From positions 29,450,001-29,514,000 of the forward strand of contig NC_043006.1 of assembly GCF_006345805.1 (NCBI RefSeq): a stretch of 64,000 nucleotides of DNA, in the 5' to 3' direction. Shown in pieces: positions 1 to 11,814 of this stretch. The stretch is from Octopus sinensis. Its lineage: Eukaryota. The notes below the pieces were generated by a model, which did no database searches, was not told where the DNA came from, and saw only the letters and a list, made by a program, of their open reading frames with translations. Position 1 is the stretch's first letter, and each line of letters begins with the position of its first letter. Made by a program: the position numbers and the translations under genes.

Positions 1-189
1 ATGATTTTGTTGTAATGGAGAAACTTTTAGCAAATCTCAATATACTGGACAACATTTTTAACTCTTCATGTAATTTTGTTTGGTTCATATTGACACATAT
101 TTTGTAACATATATGTGAACTTTCTATATGAATAGATGTGCCCCGGTAGGAAATAAAATGAAAGTGCAATTATTATTATTATTATTATT

Positions 190-1882
190 GCCTTTGCACA
201 GCTTCTAACGCTGGAGATGTACTACAGTGTCAACTATTCACTACCAGTGAACTAAGGTAACACCTCTTATTTTCGAGCACCTTCTGGAGTATTCGAGCAG
301 TTCCAAGTAGTGCTGTTTTCTGCAAGTGCTCCACCCTTATATGCAGCCCCTATTTGTTCCATGTACTTCTCAAGGTTTTTACTCACTGTTCCCAGGGCTC
401 CGACAATTATTGGTACCACTATCATCTTCTTCATCGACCACAACTGCTTTACCTCCCAAGCTAATCCATCATATCTCTCGACTTTTCTTTCTTCCTTATC
501 GCACACCTTGTTGTAAGCTGGGCATGCTATATCTATGATCCTGCATAGTTTGCTTTCTTTCTCAATTAACACTATGAATGGTTTCCTATTCTCTATCTCT
601 TGGTTGCATTGTATCATAAAATCCCATAGGATTTTTGCATTATCATTTTCAATGATGCCTTCAAGTTTATGTTCATACAACTTTTTTGCTCTGTGAAGTC
701 CATACTTGTTGCAGAATGTCCAATGGACAACCCTTGCTATATTGTCATGATGTCTCTTATATTCTTTCTGGGCTAGTGGCGTACATTATCTGGTAATATG
801 CCATACAGTTTCACCATTTTGTCCACAAATTTTGCACTTATCACTTTCTGATGTGTTGTCTATCCTGTATTTGATGTAATTCATTCTTAGTGCTTGCTCT
901 TGGGCACCACAGATTAGGGCCACCGTTCCCGGTTTTAAATCACTTTTAGTTATCCATAGCCATCTTTTATCTCTGTCTGTTTTATCTTCAACATCCCTAT
1001 GAAATTGTCCATGCATCTTCTTCTTTATCCACTTATTTTCAGTTTCATTCATTCTCAAGTGCTTGTACTGTGCTTTATCTTTGCAATCTTCCATGCTACA
1101 CAAGCCTGACCTTCTTACTGCCAATAATAGTGGTTCTGTGGTATTTTTTACATACCATACTATGTTGTTTTCTTCTGCACTAATGCTGTGTTCACATCAG
1201 TCCTCTTCTCTCTCTTTTTCTTGGTACATATAGTCTGTCTGTGTCACTTTTTGGGTGAAATATCCCATATCTTGTCAACAACTTCCTTGTCTTTCTGTCT
1301 AAGCTGTTTAGTTTGTCTATTGTCTATGTGATTACTCCCGCTCTGTATCTAAGGAGTGAAGCCACCCAGGTGTTGATAGCTTCAATCTTATTCCGTCTGT
1401 TTAATTCTGACTTAAGTCTGTGCAAGTACTCCACCTTAAATTTTTCTGCCATTTCTTTCTCTCTCAATTTATCTATTTCCAATATCCCCAAGTACTTATA
1501 GCTCATCTCTTTTATTTGCTTCATAACCTCCCCCAACAGTATTGCTAGCCTGTCCATACATTTGATTTTTCCTCTCTTCAACACACCACATTTTTTCAGT
1601 TTGAACTCCATTCTGATATCAGCACTGAGAGTATACACCGTATCAACGAGGGTAATGACTTGGGATCCATCTTTACCATAAAGTTTGAGATCATCCATGA
1701 ATAACAAGTGGTTGACATTTTGTTGGCAGCTCTTGAATACATACCCAGCCTTTGCTTTCCTCAGAATCAGTGTTAGTTGTATCATACAAGGTACAAAAGA
1801 TCAGTGGGAACAGGCAGTCCCCTTGGAAGATGCCTCTCCTGACTTCTACTGTCCCTAAACTTCTTCCATATGCTGTCAGTTC

Positions 1883-1883
<1 letters not shown>
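190..1883 (-). mobile_element. 5'-truncated, decayed R4/Dong-clade non-LTR retrotransposon (RT + zinc knuckle + RLE endonuclease)
   Basis: RGIFQGD, HLLFMDDLKLY, YKYLG, CKICG..ETVWHI, ILWDF, IDIACP, VPIIVGALG, ALLGTAR C-terminus across frameshifts; (TAA)n on both sides. Confidence 0.88.
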
Positions 1884-1933
<50 letters not shown>

Positions 1934-1951
1934 CATCATTATTATTATTAT
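1884..1951. repeat. (ATT)n microsatellite, 5' flank of the R4/Dong element
   Basis: Directly visible; a second tract lies at 169-189. Confidence 0.95.
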
Positions 1952-2295
1952 GTCGCATATCTTTCAATGATAGGATTGTAATTATGTGATGTTTATTGCA
2001 AATGAAATGATTCAGCTTATAGTTTAATTTTAAGAACCATTTGCCAAGGAGTTTCCACTCTGAATCAGTAACTATAACAGCAAAAATATTTTTAAGAACA
2101 CATAATACTGGTATTTTATTTTAATCAACCGATAGGATGTTCGTTAGAATTAAGATATCATTATACTAATGATTCTTTCAAATGTTATCATTAGAATTGG
2201 ATTTCTGCTGTAGTATCCATTAGTTGTTGGTGTTTGTAAACATAAATGTAGCATTAATAAAAGTTCCCTTCTTTTTTCACTTTGTCTCTCACACA

Positions 2296-2326
<31 letters not shown>

Positions 2327-2381
2327 ACACACACACACTGGACAGCTGCAGAGACCTATAAATGCACATAATAATACTTAC

Positions 2382-2594
2382 TGTAATAAATCCATTTGCT
2401 ACATCTGATGACTTCACAATGAATGTTGAAGAATCCAGTGATGTTGACGAAGCTTCAACAATATTTGATAAAGAATCAATGGCAAGCTGAAGGAGGTTTT
2501 CTGTCTGGTGACCCATCACATCATAAAGCTTCTTTGAAGCATCAAGAATAGACTGAAGTATATTGAATGACAGATTCGCTGACTCCATGTTTAG
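2382..2594 (-). CDS. PKD1L1-like exon 24 (213 nt, phase 0-0), helical region after REJ
   Basis: TTTCACAG/GTAAGT; LNMESANLSFNILQSILDAS...DSLSNIVEAS...NGFIT. Confidence 0.85.
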
Positions 2595-3784
2595 CTGTGA
2601 AAATAAATGAAACTAAAATAAATAAATGATATATTGAAAAGCCCAGATCCAAATAAGTATTGTATAAAATATGTATGTATATATTTTATCTTTATCAGGG
2701 GCACCGCCATTTGGTGTTGCTACATTTGGTGTTTACTTCACAAATGCTTTTTAGCAATTGCCATTTGGTGCATGAGAGAGTTCGATGCAGCTGCCCTCAT
2801 CTTTATAATGCATGTATTGTACAGTATAATATGGGTGTGAATAAAACAGGCTAGATTGCCCACATGTTAAAAACGATTTTAGTGTGCTATCAAGATGATA
2901 GTAGACTACAATACACAGATGTAGCAGGATATCAATGTGATGATTGCTTGTCATTTCTGTTGCATCTGTAGTTTATTTCTTTCTCTGCTCTCAAGTGAAA
3001 ATTTTGGAGGATAGACTGCATTATTAGAGAAGAGTTACTTACAGAGGATGGAAGTTTTATACATTTTCTGTAAGTATCTTCCTAGATTTGAAACCAAATC
3101 CCACTTCTACCACCAGCAAAAGGTAGTGCCACTGCTGTTTCTCAAATTCAAAGCCCCTAGCTATAACACACTTTCATATGCAAGTGAAAAGCTATGACCA
3201 GATAAGCTCTTTTGATTTGTTTCCTTGCTTTTAATTTTATTCATTCACTACTTGCATTTCTACCCTGTTAATACTAACCTGTTTTATTTTCATTTGATGT
3301 CATTCTTGTTTGCCTCCAATACTCTGTGTTTTGTAAATGTATTTCATCTCCACCCTCATTTATTACTGGATCTCTTCTGAAAGTGAACACATCTTGACAT
3401 TCCATTTTTTTCTTTTGTTTTTTTTCTTTCTTGATATCTCCAATATAGGCTGATTCTGATAAATCCTTACATCCTTAAAAATGTTTAAGCCCGAAGGTCA
3501 CGGCCATGCTGGGGCACATTGAAAATCTATGCATTTTGTCTCTCCCGTAAAGTTCATATTCCCCTCTTAATGTTGTCAGGAGCCTTTTCATGTGTGCAAT
3601 ACACCCACCCATCCCCACCCTCACCACCTATACCGGAAACCACTCTTTTGAACCAGAACCTCTCCCAGCAACCCTTCCTATGCCCTCACCACCTTCTTCC
3701 TATCTTAGTACTTTCTCACCCACATTACTGCAAATCACTTTGCACTGAAATGTGCTTGAAGAGTACATGTGCCTGATGTGGTTA

Positions 3785-4254
3785 CAGAAATTGTCTGACA
3801 GCAATGACTAGGTTCTCCTGTTTGTGTGGCATGGTGCAGAGTCCTGTTGCTAGATATAGTGTCTTCCAGTAGCCACCCTCTTGACCCAGAGCAGCATTAC
3901 CTCCTCCAGGCACTTGATGTAGGCCTCTCTGTTGAGTCTGAGGCTGTGTGAGAAGATGAATGGAGGTATGATCACTCCAAACACCATGATGTTGACTGGA
4001 TGTTTGATTTTTATCACTCTCGATACATGCACTGCCCTCAGCTTGACTCCAAAACACTCTGAAATGTTTGTATTGGAGCTTCTGGCATGAATGCCAAGCA
4101 ATACATCATGTCATTTCCGAATTTCTGGCAGAGTGAATTGCATCATGGAGCTGTTTTTCTCACAAATGGTGCTCAACTGACCCTATGATACTGTGTAGTC
4201 AACAAAATCAAAAACACAAAATTACAAATATAAAATGGCGACAATTTACCCATT
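3785..4254 (-). mobile_element. Non-autonomous Tc1/mariner (maT/DD37D-like) remnant
   Basis: KHPVNIMVFGVI..PFIF..LRLNREAYIKCLEEV..QQDSAPCH; same family at 17448 and 37011. Confidence 0.75.
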
Positions 4255-4304
4255 CATATATATGCCTCAGACTGTATGTATGTATGTATATATATATATA
4301 TATA

Positions 4305-5176
4305 TGGGGTTATTCCATAAATAATGCAGTTTTTTATACTTCTTTTATTTTTAAAAATTAAGATATACAAAGTTCTTTTTTAATCTGAAATATACTCTTT
4401 CATTCTCTCCAATGTTCTTCCCTCTATCTGGTAGATTTGCAAGGCCCTTCTTCCAAAATTCACTTGTCCATGATGAAAAATACTCCTCCAGTACTGTTCT
4501 GATCTCATCTACAGAATTCATATTTTTTCCATCCAAATGATTTTGAAGACTGCGGAATACATGATAATCAGACGGGGCAATGTTCAGCGAATATGGTGGG
4601 TGGGGCATCATATACCATTCAAACTGCTCCAGCCTTTGGAATGTCATCTTCACTGATTATGGCCGAACATTATCCTGATGGAAGAACACCTTTCATCTTG
4701 AAACCAAAGACGGTCGCTTTTCTTATAGTGCTGACTTGAGTGACTGGTTAAATTACCAAATCCAAGCTTCTCTGCTAGTTCCTCAACAGTCAGGATGGGA
4801 TTTTGTTCTCCCAGGATGAGGACCGTCTTCTAAGCAGTACTTTCCAACTTGGAATTTCTGGAACCACCATTGACACTGGCTTACACTTATTGTCCGATCC
4901 CCACGTACTGCATTAATGTTCCTCACACTTTCCATTGTGTTGTTGCCTTTATTGAACTCATAAAGCAAAATATGCTGAATATGCTCCTTTGTCATTATAG
5001 CTTTGAAAGAATAACTGTTACAATTGTACTGCACTCTTCAAAACTTGCACTAAGAATAAGTAAAAGGTAAAATTACTACCTGCTTTTATAGCAAGTTGAT
5101 GCAGATAGTTTATTGTGTCTCCCTCCAACTTTTAGTTCATGGAATTACAAAAAGCATTATTTACGGAACAACCCAA
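4305..5176 (-). mobile_element. Internally deleted mariner (DD34D) transposon
   Basis: Imperfect TIRs GGGTTATTCCATAAATAATGC / GCATTATTTACGGAACAACCCAA, TA flanks; HTH N-terminus, FHQDN, HPPYSLNIAPSDYHVFRSL. Confidence 0.88.
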
Positions 5177-5194
5177 TATATATACGTACATACA

Positions 5195-5356
5195 TGACAG
5201 GCTACTTTCAGTTTATATCTGCCAAATTCATTCACAAGGTTTTGGTTGGCCTGAACTTATAGTAAAAGACACTTGCACGAGATGCCACACAGTGGGACTG
5301 AACTCAGAACCATGTAGTTTGGAAGAAAGCTTCTTACTGCACAGCAATACCTGCTC
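5195..5356 (-). mobile_element. tRNA-derived SINE, family A
   Basis: B-box-like GAGTTCAGTCCC and a shared body; copies at 16728, 19279, 31724. Confidence 0.7.
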
Positions 5357-5717
5357 TTATGAATATATAAACTAAACAATATAAAAGAGGCTAAAGTGAA
5401 AACTGTTGGTGAGATGTGAAAGAATGAAGGGGTGGTGGTGGGAGAGATAAAAGAAAATGAAAGAGGGGGAACGAGAGTAGGAAGAGTGAAGCAGCAGAGA
5501 AGATGCTGAGAATGGCAAGGAAGGAAGTTGTCCAAAAGAGAAAGAAATGGTGGTGGGAATGAGAATTCAAGTAAAAGACCAAGAGAAAGTGAGAAGGTGG
5601 GGTGAGGTAGGCCAGTGCAACCATACTGTTGCTACTGTTCCCATCTCAGGTGCAGACCAAGAAAAGCAGTTTGTTTTGGCTGGGAAATCAATCAATACAT
5701 CAGACATACAAAACCAG

Positions 5718-6030
5718 CTGCCTCCTCCTCCTCCTCAACCTACTCCTCCCCTTCAACTTATTCTTCTCCTCCTTCTTCTTCACTTCCCCTCTTTTTTCTC
5801 CTTCTGTTCCTTCATCTTCTCCCTCATCTTCTTCCTCTTCTCCTCCTCCTCCTTCTCCTTCTTCAATTCAAGATTGTTTTGTTTTTCTCCTTTCATCAAT
5901 ATTATATTATTTTGTTCTCTCTGCATTTATAATCAACTCAACACAATTTCCAGCCAAGTTTCTCATATTACTAAACAGGTATGTGAGACACCACCAATGC
6001 TGCTGCTGCTGCTACTACTACTACTACTAC
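5718..6030. repeat. Low-complexity (CCT/CTT)n and (CTG)(CTA)n tracts
   Basis: Directly visible. Confidence 0.8.
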
Positions 6031-6145
6031 CCTTTTCCCTCCATCAAAGTCACCATCTTCTTAGAATAAACACAAAAGTGAAAAAAAAAAAAAGAAAGAA
6101 AGAAAAACAACTAACAACTCCCTCCTCCCAGCTGAGGCGGGTTTG

Positions 6146-6352
6146 TGTCTTGCAAATTACTTGGTGACCCTGTTGGTGCTGATAAAAAGCACCCAGTACA
6201 CTCTGTAAAGTTCTTGACATTAGGAAGGGCATGCAGCCATAGAAGCCTTGCCAAAACAAACAATGGAGCTGGGTGCAGCCCCCAGCCTTACCACCTCCTG
6301 TCAAACCATCCAACCCATGCCAGAATGGAAAACAGATGTTAACCGATGATGA
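6146..6352 (+). mobile_element. RTE-LINE 3' tail fragment
   Basis: AAAAGCACC..TAGGAAGGGCAT..CCATCCAACCCATGCCAG..GATGAT, same 3' end as the longer RTE copies. Confidence 0.8.
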
Positions 6353-6531
6353 AGAAGGCTACAAATGTAGACTATTAGATTAGGGTCAATGCATGACTGG
6401 TATTGGTTCCCTGGTTCTGAAGGATGAAGTCGGCAACAGCACTGATAAAATAAATTGTCATCAAAAGGCCTTATGATTGTGAGACAACATGAAACAATAT
6501 TTTGACAATAAAAAGATATTTACAGTTTAAA

Positions 6532-6680
6532 TCATCATCATCTAATGCTCATTTTCCATGCTGGCATGGGTTGGCTAATTTGACAGTATCTGATGTGTCA
6601 AAAGAGTACATCAGGCTCCAACATCAGCTTTGGTATGGTTTCTACTGCTGGGTGTCCTTACCTAACACCAACCACTTTTA
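6532..6680 (-). mobile_element. RTE-LINE 3' tail fragment
   Basis: Reverse complement of the same tail, starting with (CAT)n. Confidence 0.7.
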
Positions 6681-7076
6681 CACACCTGCATTATTGAGGT
6701 CACCATGCGGGAGGAGTAAAGTCAACTTCATGCTAAGGTACAAGGGGATCACTATGAGAAGGTTAGGGAGCAGAGCAGGTTTTTGTAGAGGATCTGCATG
6801 GCTATTCTTGTCTAGTAGGGGAAAAGGAAAGAGAGAAAGAGAAAATGATCAGTCGGAGCAGCAAGAGATAAATAAAGGCAAGGGTGGTCAGTTTGCAGGT
6901 TTATATGGGAAGGAAAATGAGGGGATGGAGAAGCAGATGGCCAAAATGGGTGGGGTTGAAGGATGAAAGAGTTGTGGCTATGTGGGCAAGTAAACAGATA
7001 TAAACATGAGTATTTATAACGTGAAAATGTAAGTAGTTCGCAGATGATATTACAAATCAGAACATGAATGTATTAC

Positions 7077-7133
7077 CTCATCTGTTTTCAGTGTAATGGA
7101 TTCAACAGCTTGCATTGTCTGAAGAGTTTCAAA
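7077..7133 (-). CDS. PKD1L1-like exon 23 (57 nt, phase 0-0)
   Basis: TATTTCAG/GTAATA; FETLQTMQAVESITLKTDE. Confidence 0.78.
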
Positions 7134-7408
7134 CTGAAATAAAACCAATTAATCTAATAAATTGACAAGGTCGACATGAAATCATGCTGAACAAATTTTA
7201 ATATTGAACTTTTCAGATATGGGAAACAATGTTCAGATTTTGAAGGAGTTCATAAACTTAGTTGATAAGGTTAACATTAGTATATAACTCTTATTTATTT
7301 TATCAACAAAAAAGGAGTGATAGAGTAAATAAACCTCAGTGTAAATGTGTAGAATGTAAAGTTATTCTCTGACTACATTGTCAAAAGCCTCGATAATAAT
7401 AGCAAGTG

Positions 7409-8010
7409 TCATCATCATCATCATCAACATCATTTAGCATCCGCTTTCCATGCTAGCATGGGTTGGACAGGTCAACTGGGGTCTGGGAAGACAGAAGGCT
7501 GCACCAGGCCCAGTCTGATCTGGCAATGTTTCTACGGCTGGATACCCTTCCTAATGCCAACCACTCCGTGAGTGTAGTGGGTGCTTTTTACGTGCCACCG
7601 GCACAGGTGCTAGACGGGACTGGCAAACAGCCACAGACGGATGGTGCTTTTTACGTGCCACCGGCACGGGGGCCAGGCGAGGGTGGCAACGGCCACGATC
7701 GGATGGTGCTTTTTACGTGCCACCGGCACGGAGGCCAGTCAGGGTGGCGCTGGCAATGGCCACGGTCAGGTGGTGCTTTTTACGTGCCACCGGCATGGGG
7801 CCAGGCAAGGCTGGCAACGGCCACGATCGGATGGTTCGCTTACGTGCCACCGGCACTGGTATCACAGCGGCAATTTCCATTGATGTTGATCGACTTCGAT
7901 TTTGGTTATGATTTCTGATTTCCACTTGCCTCAACGGGTCTTCACAAGTGGAGTTTTGTGTCCCAAGAAGGAAAGGTATGCATAAGTCGACTGGCTACAT
8001 CCCAGGTAGA
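7409..8010 (-). mobile_element. RTE 3' tail / derived SINE with five internal ~62-nt hairpin repeats
   Basis: (CAT)n tail; GGTGCTTTTTACGTGCCACCGGCA repeated 5 times (last one variant) at 7580-7860. Confidence 0.85.
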
Positions 8011-8690
8011 GGCCCAAATATTTTCAAAATGCAGAGCCTTTATGAAAAGATTTTTACAACAAATGGGGGGAAAAAAAGAATGAATTTCTATAAGATGGAT
8101 AATGAGAGAGCTAATAATATTGGAACATCCAATTGAAGAGATGAAACTGAACTTTGATCTAATGGTTGTAGAATGATTAAGAGATAAATTCTTACTGCAT
8201 CTGTCTCTGAAGACAAACCAAATGATTTAGAATTAAATGTAAATTGATAATGAAATGTCTGCAGTGCATTTGAATCCAAGAATGATGAGCTGGCAGTCCA
8301 AAATCCTATCCATTCAACTTTTCTGCTTGAACACTGTTGTGTTAATAAGGACAAAATGTCTGATGAATAATCATGAAACAGTTTCAAGAACTGCAGGTGA
8401 TTCTTTCATAAGTTTCTTCTTTATCTGACGGAACACAAATGTAAAGATTCTATGTATCAACTTGGATAAAACTAAACACATTTACCACCACTAGTATACT
8501 TTTTCTTCTTCTTTGGCATTGTTGTCATCATAGTCCTCCTTTTCCTTCTCCTTCTTCCTCTTCTTATCATTATTCACCATCATCATCATCATCAACATCA
8601 TTATTATTACCGTCATTGTTCTCATCCTTATTTTCCTCACTGTCATGGACATTGGCATCGTCCTTTTCACCTTCATCATCACTATTAGAG

Positions 8691-8897
8691 GGCAGTGAGT
8701 GGGCAAAATCATTTAAGCAGCATAAAAAATGACTTGCAATAATTCTTTAGGTTTTTTACATTCTCAGTTTAAATTCCACCAATGTCAAGTATACCAGTCA
8801 TCTCTCTAGGGTTGATGAAAATAAAGTACCAAGCAAATACAGGGATCAATGTAGTCTCCCCTTAAAATTACTGGACTTGCCAAAATTTGAAGCTATT
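8691..8897 (+). mobile_element. Diverged tRNA-derived SINE, family B
   Basis: Degenerate match to 23846-24074 (GGTTGATGAAAATAAAGTACC). Confidence 0.55.
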
Positions 8898-9315
8898 ATT
8901 ATTGCTAAAAATATTATTCAAAGGTTGTAGATTGGCAGAATGATTACAGTGTCCTATGAAATGTTTTGCATCATTTGTTTTTGAGCTGTGCATTCTGATT
9001 TCAAATCCCACCAAAGTGGGTTTTACGTTTCAGCTCTCTCGGATCAATAAAATAGATTACAAGTTAAGAACCAACCCCTCCTAAATTTCTAACCGTAAGC
9101 CTATATTACAAACTATTAAAGTGGTACTACGGTTTTCGTTCCAATAATTCAATTCATCTTTTGACAAACTGAAAAATTCTTTTGTTTTCAGGAGGTATTA
9201 AACAAATAATGAGGTTGTAAACCAGTTTTGAAGTATTCTAATGCTTCTGGGGAAACCTTTTAGCAATCAAGAACATTGAATGACATTAAAAGGAGAAAAA
9301 TAAGAAAGTACAAAC

Positions 9316-9496
9316 CTCATCTCGAACTGGTAAACTGTTCAAGATTTTCAAAAGTGAATGCCTGGTTTTCCAGCTGGAATTCTTCATTGACTCATTTATA
9401 GGATTAAACCGGTTGAGTCGGATTGCCAGCATATTAACGAATATTCGTGCATTTCGATCATCACCTTCAGCCAAATAGCGCCTCAATGTGTTATTT
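9316..9496 (-). CDS. PKD1L1-like exon 22 (181 nt, phase 2-0)
   Basis: TTTGCAG/GTTTGT; NNTLRRYLAEGDDRNARIFVNMLAIRLN...LPVRDE. Confidence 0.85.
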
Positions 9497-9556
9497 CTGC
9501 AAATGACATAAAAAGAATTGTTATTATAATTATTATTATTATTATTATTATTATTA

Positions 9557-10110
9557 TGTGAGAGAGCAGTTCATGTCATCAAAGTGACACTGGGGTAAAA
9601 TATACGAAGCCCAATATACCCATCATGACTACCTGTCTGATAAGGGTACACCAGGCACATGCATCACAACCATATGTGCGCGACATGGTGATATCATATC
9701 AAGGTAAACAGCGCATGACCTTGCAGGTGGGGCCCAGTTAGAATTTTCTTCAGGTCGAGTAGCCCATTCCGCTCAAAAGGTCCCTGAATAAGGGTTGTTT
9801 AAGGATGTTGAAAGAACCACCCATGTTTCCAGAGGTGAATTATTCAAACCCCAAAGAATCCATCTCAACACATGGCTATGATGCTCCCCCACTACTTCTG
9901 CTCGTGATCAGAGATGCACATATCGTCAGCCACTAAGAGACATGCTCAACTGGTTAAGGTCAAACAACTGACAAGCAAATCTGTGGTATTGAGCAGAATA
10001 TTTGCTGTAGCCCATCTTTTATACCAAGACAAAATAACGTACATGATGACACTTCCAATCAGTTAAGATCAGAAGCCATGAGAGCCACTGCCTGGTACTG
10101 CATCAGGGCA
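9557..10110 (-). mobile_element. 554-bp non-coding (TAA)n-flanked element, copy 1
   Basis: Bounded by (ATT)n on both sides; identical by eye to 10143-10696; diverged partial copy at 53374-53734. Confidence 0.8.
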
Positions 10111-10142
<32 letters not shown>

Positions 10143-10143
<1 letters not shown>

Positions 10144-10696
10144 GTGAGAGAGCAGTTCATGTCATCAAAGTGACACTGGGGTAAAATATACGAAGCCCAA
10201 TATACCCATCATGACTACCTGTCTGATAAGGGTACACCAGGCACATGCATCACAACCATATGTGCGCGACATGGTGATATCATATCAAGGTAAACAGCGC
10301 ATGACCTTGCAGGTGGGGCCCAGTTAGAATTTTCTTCAGGTCGAGTAGCCCATTCCGCTCAAAAGGTCCCTGAATAAGGGTTGTTTAAGGATGTTGAAAG
10401 AACCACCCATGTTTCCAGAGGTGAATTATTCAAACCCCAAAGAATCCATCTCAACACATGGCTATGATGCTCCCCCACTACTTCTGCTCGTGATCAGAGA
10501 TGCACATATCGTCAGCCACTAAGAGACATGCTCAACTGGTTAAGGTCAAACAACTGACAAGCAAATCTGTGGTATTGAGCAGAATATTTGCTGTAGCCCA
10601 TCTTTTATACCAAGACAAAATAACGTACATGATGACACTTCCAATCAGTTAAGATCAGAAGCCATGAGAGCCACTGCCTGGTACTGCATCAGGGCA
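10143..10696 (-). mobile_element. 554-bp non-coding (TAA)n-flanked element, copy 2 (tandem)
   Basis: Direct repeat of 9557-10110, offset 586 nt. Confidence 0.8.
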
Positions 10697-10753
10697 TTTT
10701 ATTATTATTATTATTATAATTATTATTATTACTATTATTATTATTATTATTAT

Positions 10754-10885
10754 GTAATGCAAACTCACAGCTTATTTTGTTGGGTATGATGGAAAGTGTC
10801 CACAGCCAGCAGACTGAGGTGACACTTATTTTACTGGTCATGCTTCAAAAACCTTGCAAAGAATTGTTGCAGTTCCAAGCAGATG
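10754..10885 (-). mobile_element. Short 3' remnant of a second R4/Dong-like element
   Basis: Encodes LLGTATILCKVFEA* (compare LLGTARIL..VLEK* of the element at 190-1883), then a 3' UTR and (TAA)n tail. Confidence 0.65.
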
Positions 10886-11208
10886 TTAACTCAGCAGAAA
10901 CACATTGGGTACGAGATCCCCATGTTATATAACTCATCCACCCCATCACTACCGTGTGCACAGACTAAACCCTTGATTGTCTTTGAAATGTAACAGAAGT
11001 GAAGCAATGACATGATTCTCAATAAAGATGAGACAACCATAACGAGAACATTGTTCGCTTTGTGAATTAGTGCTGCCTTGCTGCCATAGGTGTGATGAAG
11101 CTGAGCTGATCAGAGCTAATTAACAACAAAAATCAATGATTATAATATTGTAAGAAAACCAAGAACTTTTCATTTCAAACAGAAAGAAAGCAGACATTTT
11201 TTACTTAC

Positions 11209-11311
11209 AGATAATCATCAGCACCACTTTCGATTGGTGTCACTGTAATAGGTATGAAACAAACAGACGTTCGAGCTCCCAAGCTGTCCATCACGGCAAT
11301 ATACACATTGA
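11209..11311 (-). CDS. PKD1L1-like exon 21 (103 nt, phase 1-2), REJ end
   Basis: TTGACAG/GTAAGT; VNVYIAVMDSLGARTSVCFIPITVTP. Confidence 0.9.
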
Positions 11312-11814
11312 CTGTCAAGAGTATATAAAACATGTATTAACATTTAGTGGTGTACAGATGTATACAGGATGAAATGTAATGTAGAGGAATTGAATCCTTC
11401 AGCATTTAATCTGGTCGTCTCTCACACCTTCCTTACAATGTCATTTTAAAAATATATAAGCATACTATTGAAATCTGGAAGCTACGAAATAATGCATGAT
11501 TAATTCCAAATAATGAGAACATTACGGCAATATGTTTGACAAAGAATACTAAAGGGTTAAAGTAATGTATTAACGACTGCAAACTTTCAAATAACAAGGT
11601 TTTTATTAGATGGAATATAATCCTCCTTAATTAAATTTCTGTGTGTATGGTACATGTACAAATTGTAATGAAAGTAAATGAATTGATATTTGTATCTTTA
11701 TAAAGTCTTTTATTTTCAGACCTAATAAATAGTCATGTGATTAAAATTTGGAAATTATGTCGAAGCCTTTTGGATGCATGTATATAGCTTTTTTTTTTTG
11801 CTGCTTTTATCTCT

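Noticed and set aside
1-123. Possible next exon at the window edge
   Set aside because: The frame required by exon 24 (phase 0) hits a stop after 12 codons.
1691-1970. Poly-Ile/poly-Asn ORFs
   Set aside because: Translations of the (ATT)n microsatellite.
5547-6167. 206-aa ORF and overlapping ORFs
   Set aside because: Low-complexity CT-rich repeats keep the frames open; no domain or splice support.
7580-7860. CRISPR-like pattern (24-nt repeat with ~38-nt spacers)
   Set aside because: The spacers are homologous to each other, the array is part of a dispersed retroelement tail, the context is eukaryotic and there are no cas genes.
9630-9670. Hammerhead in the 554-bp element (CTGATAAG; CTGATGAG in the diverged copy)
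   Set aside because: No downstream stem II + GAAA, so the core is incomplete.
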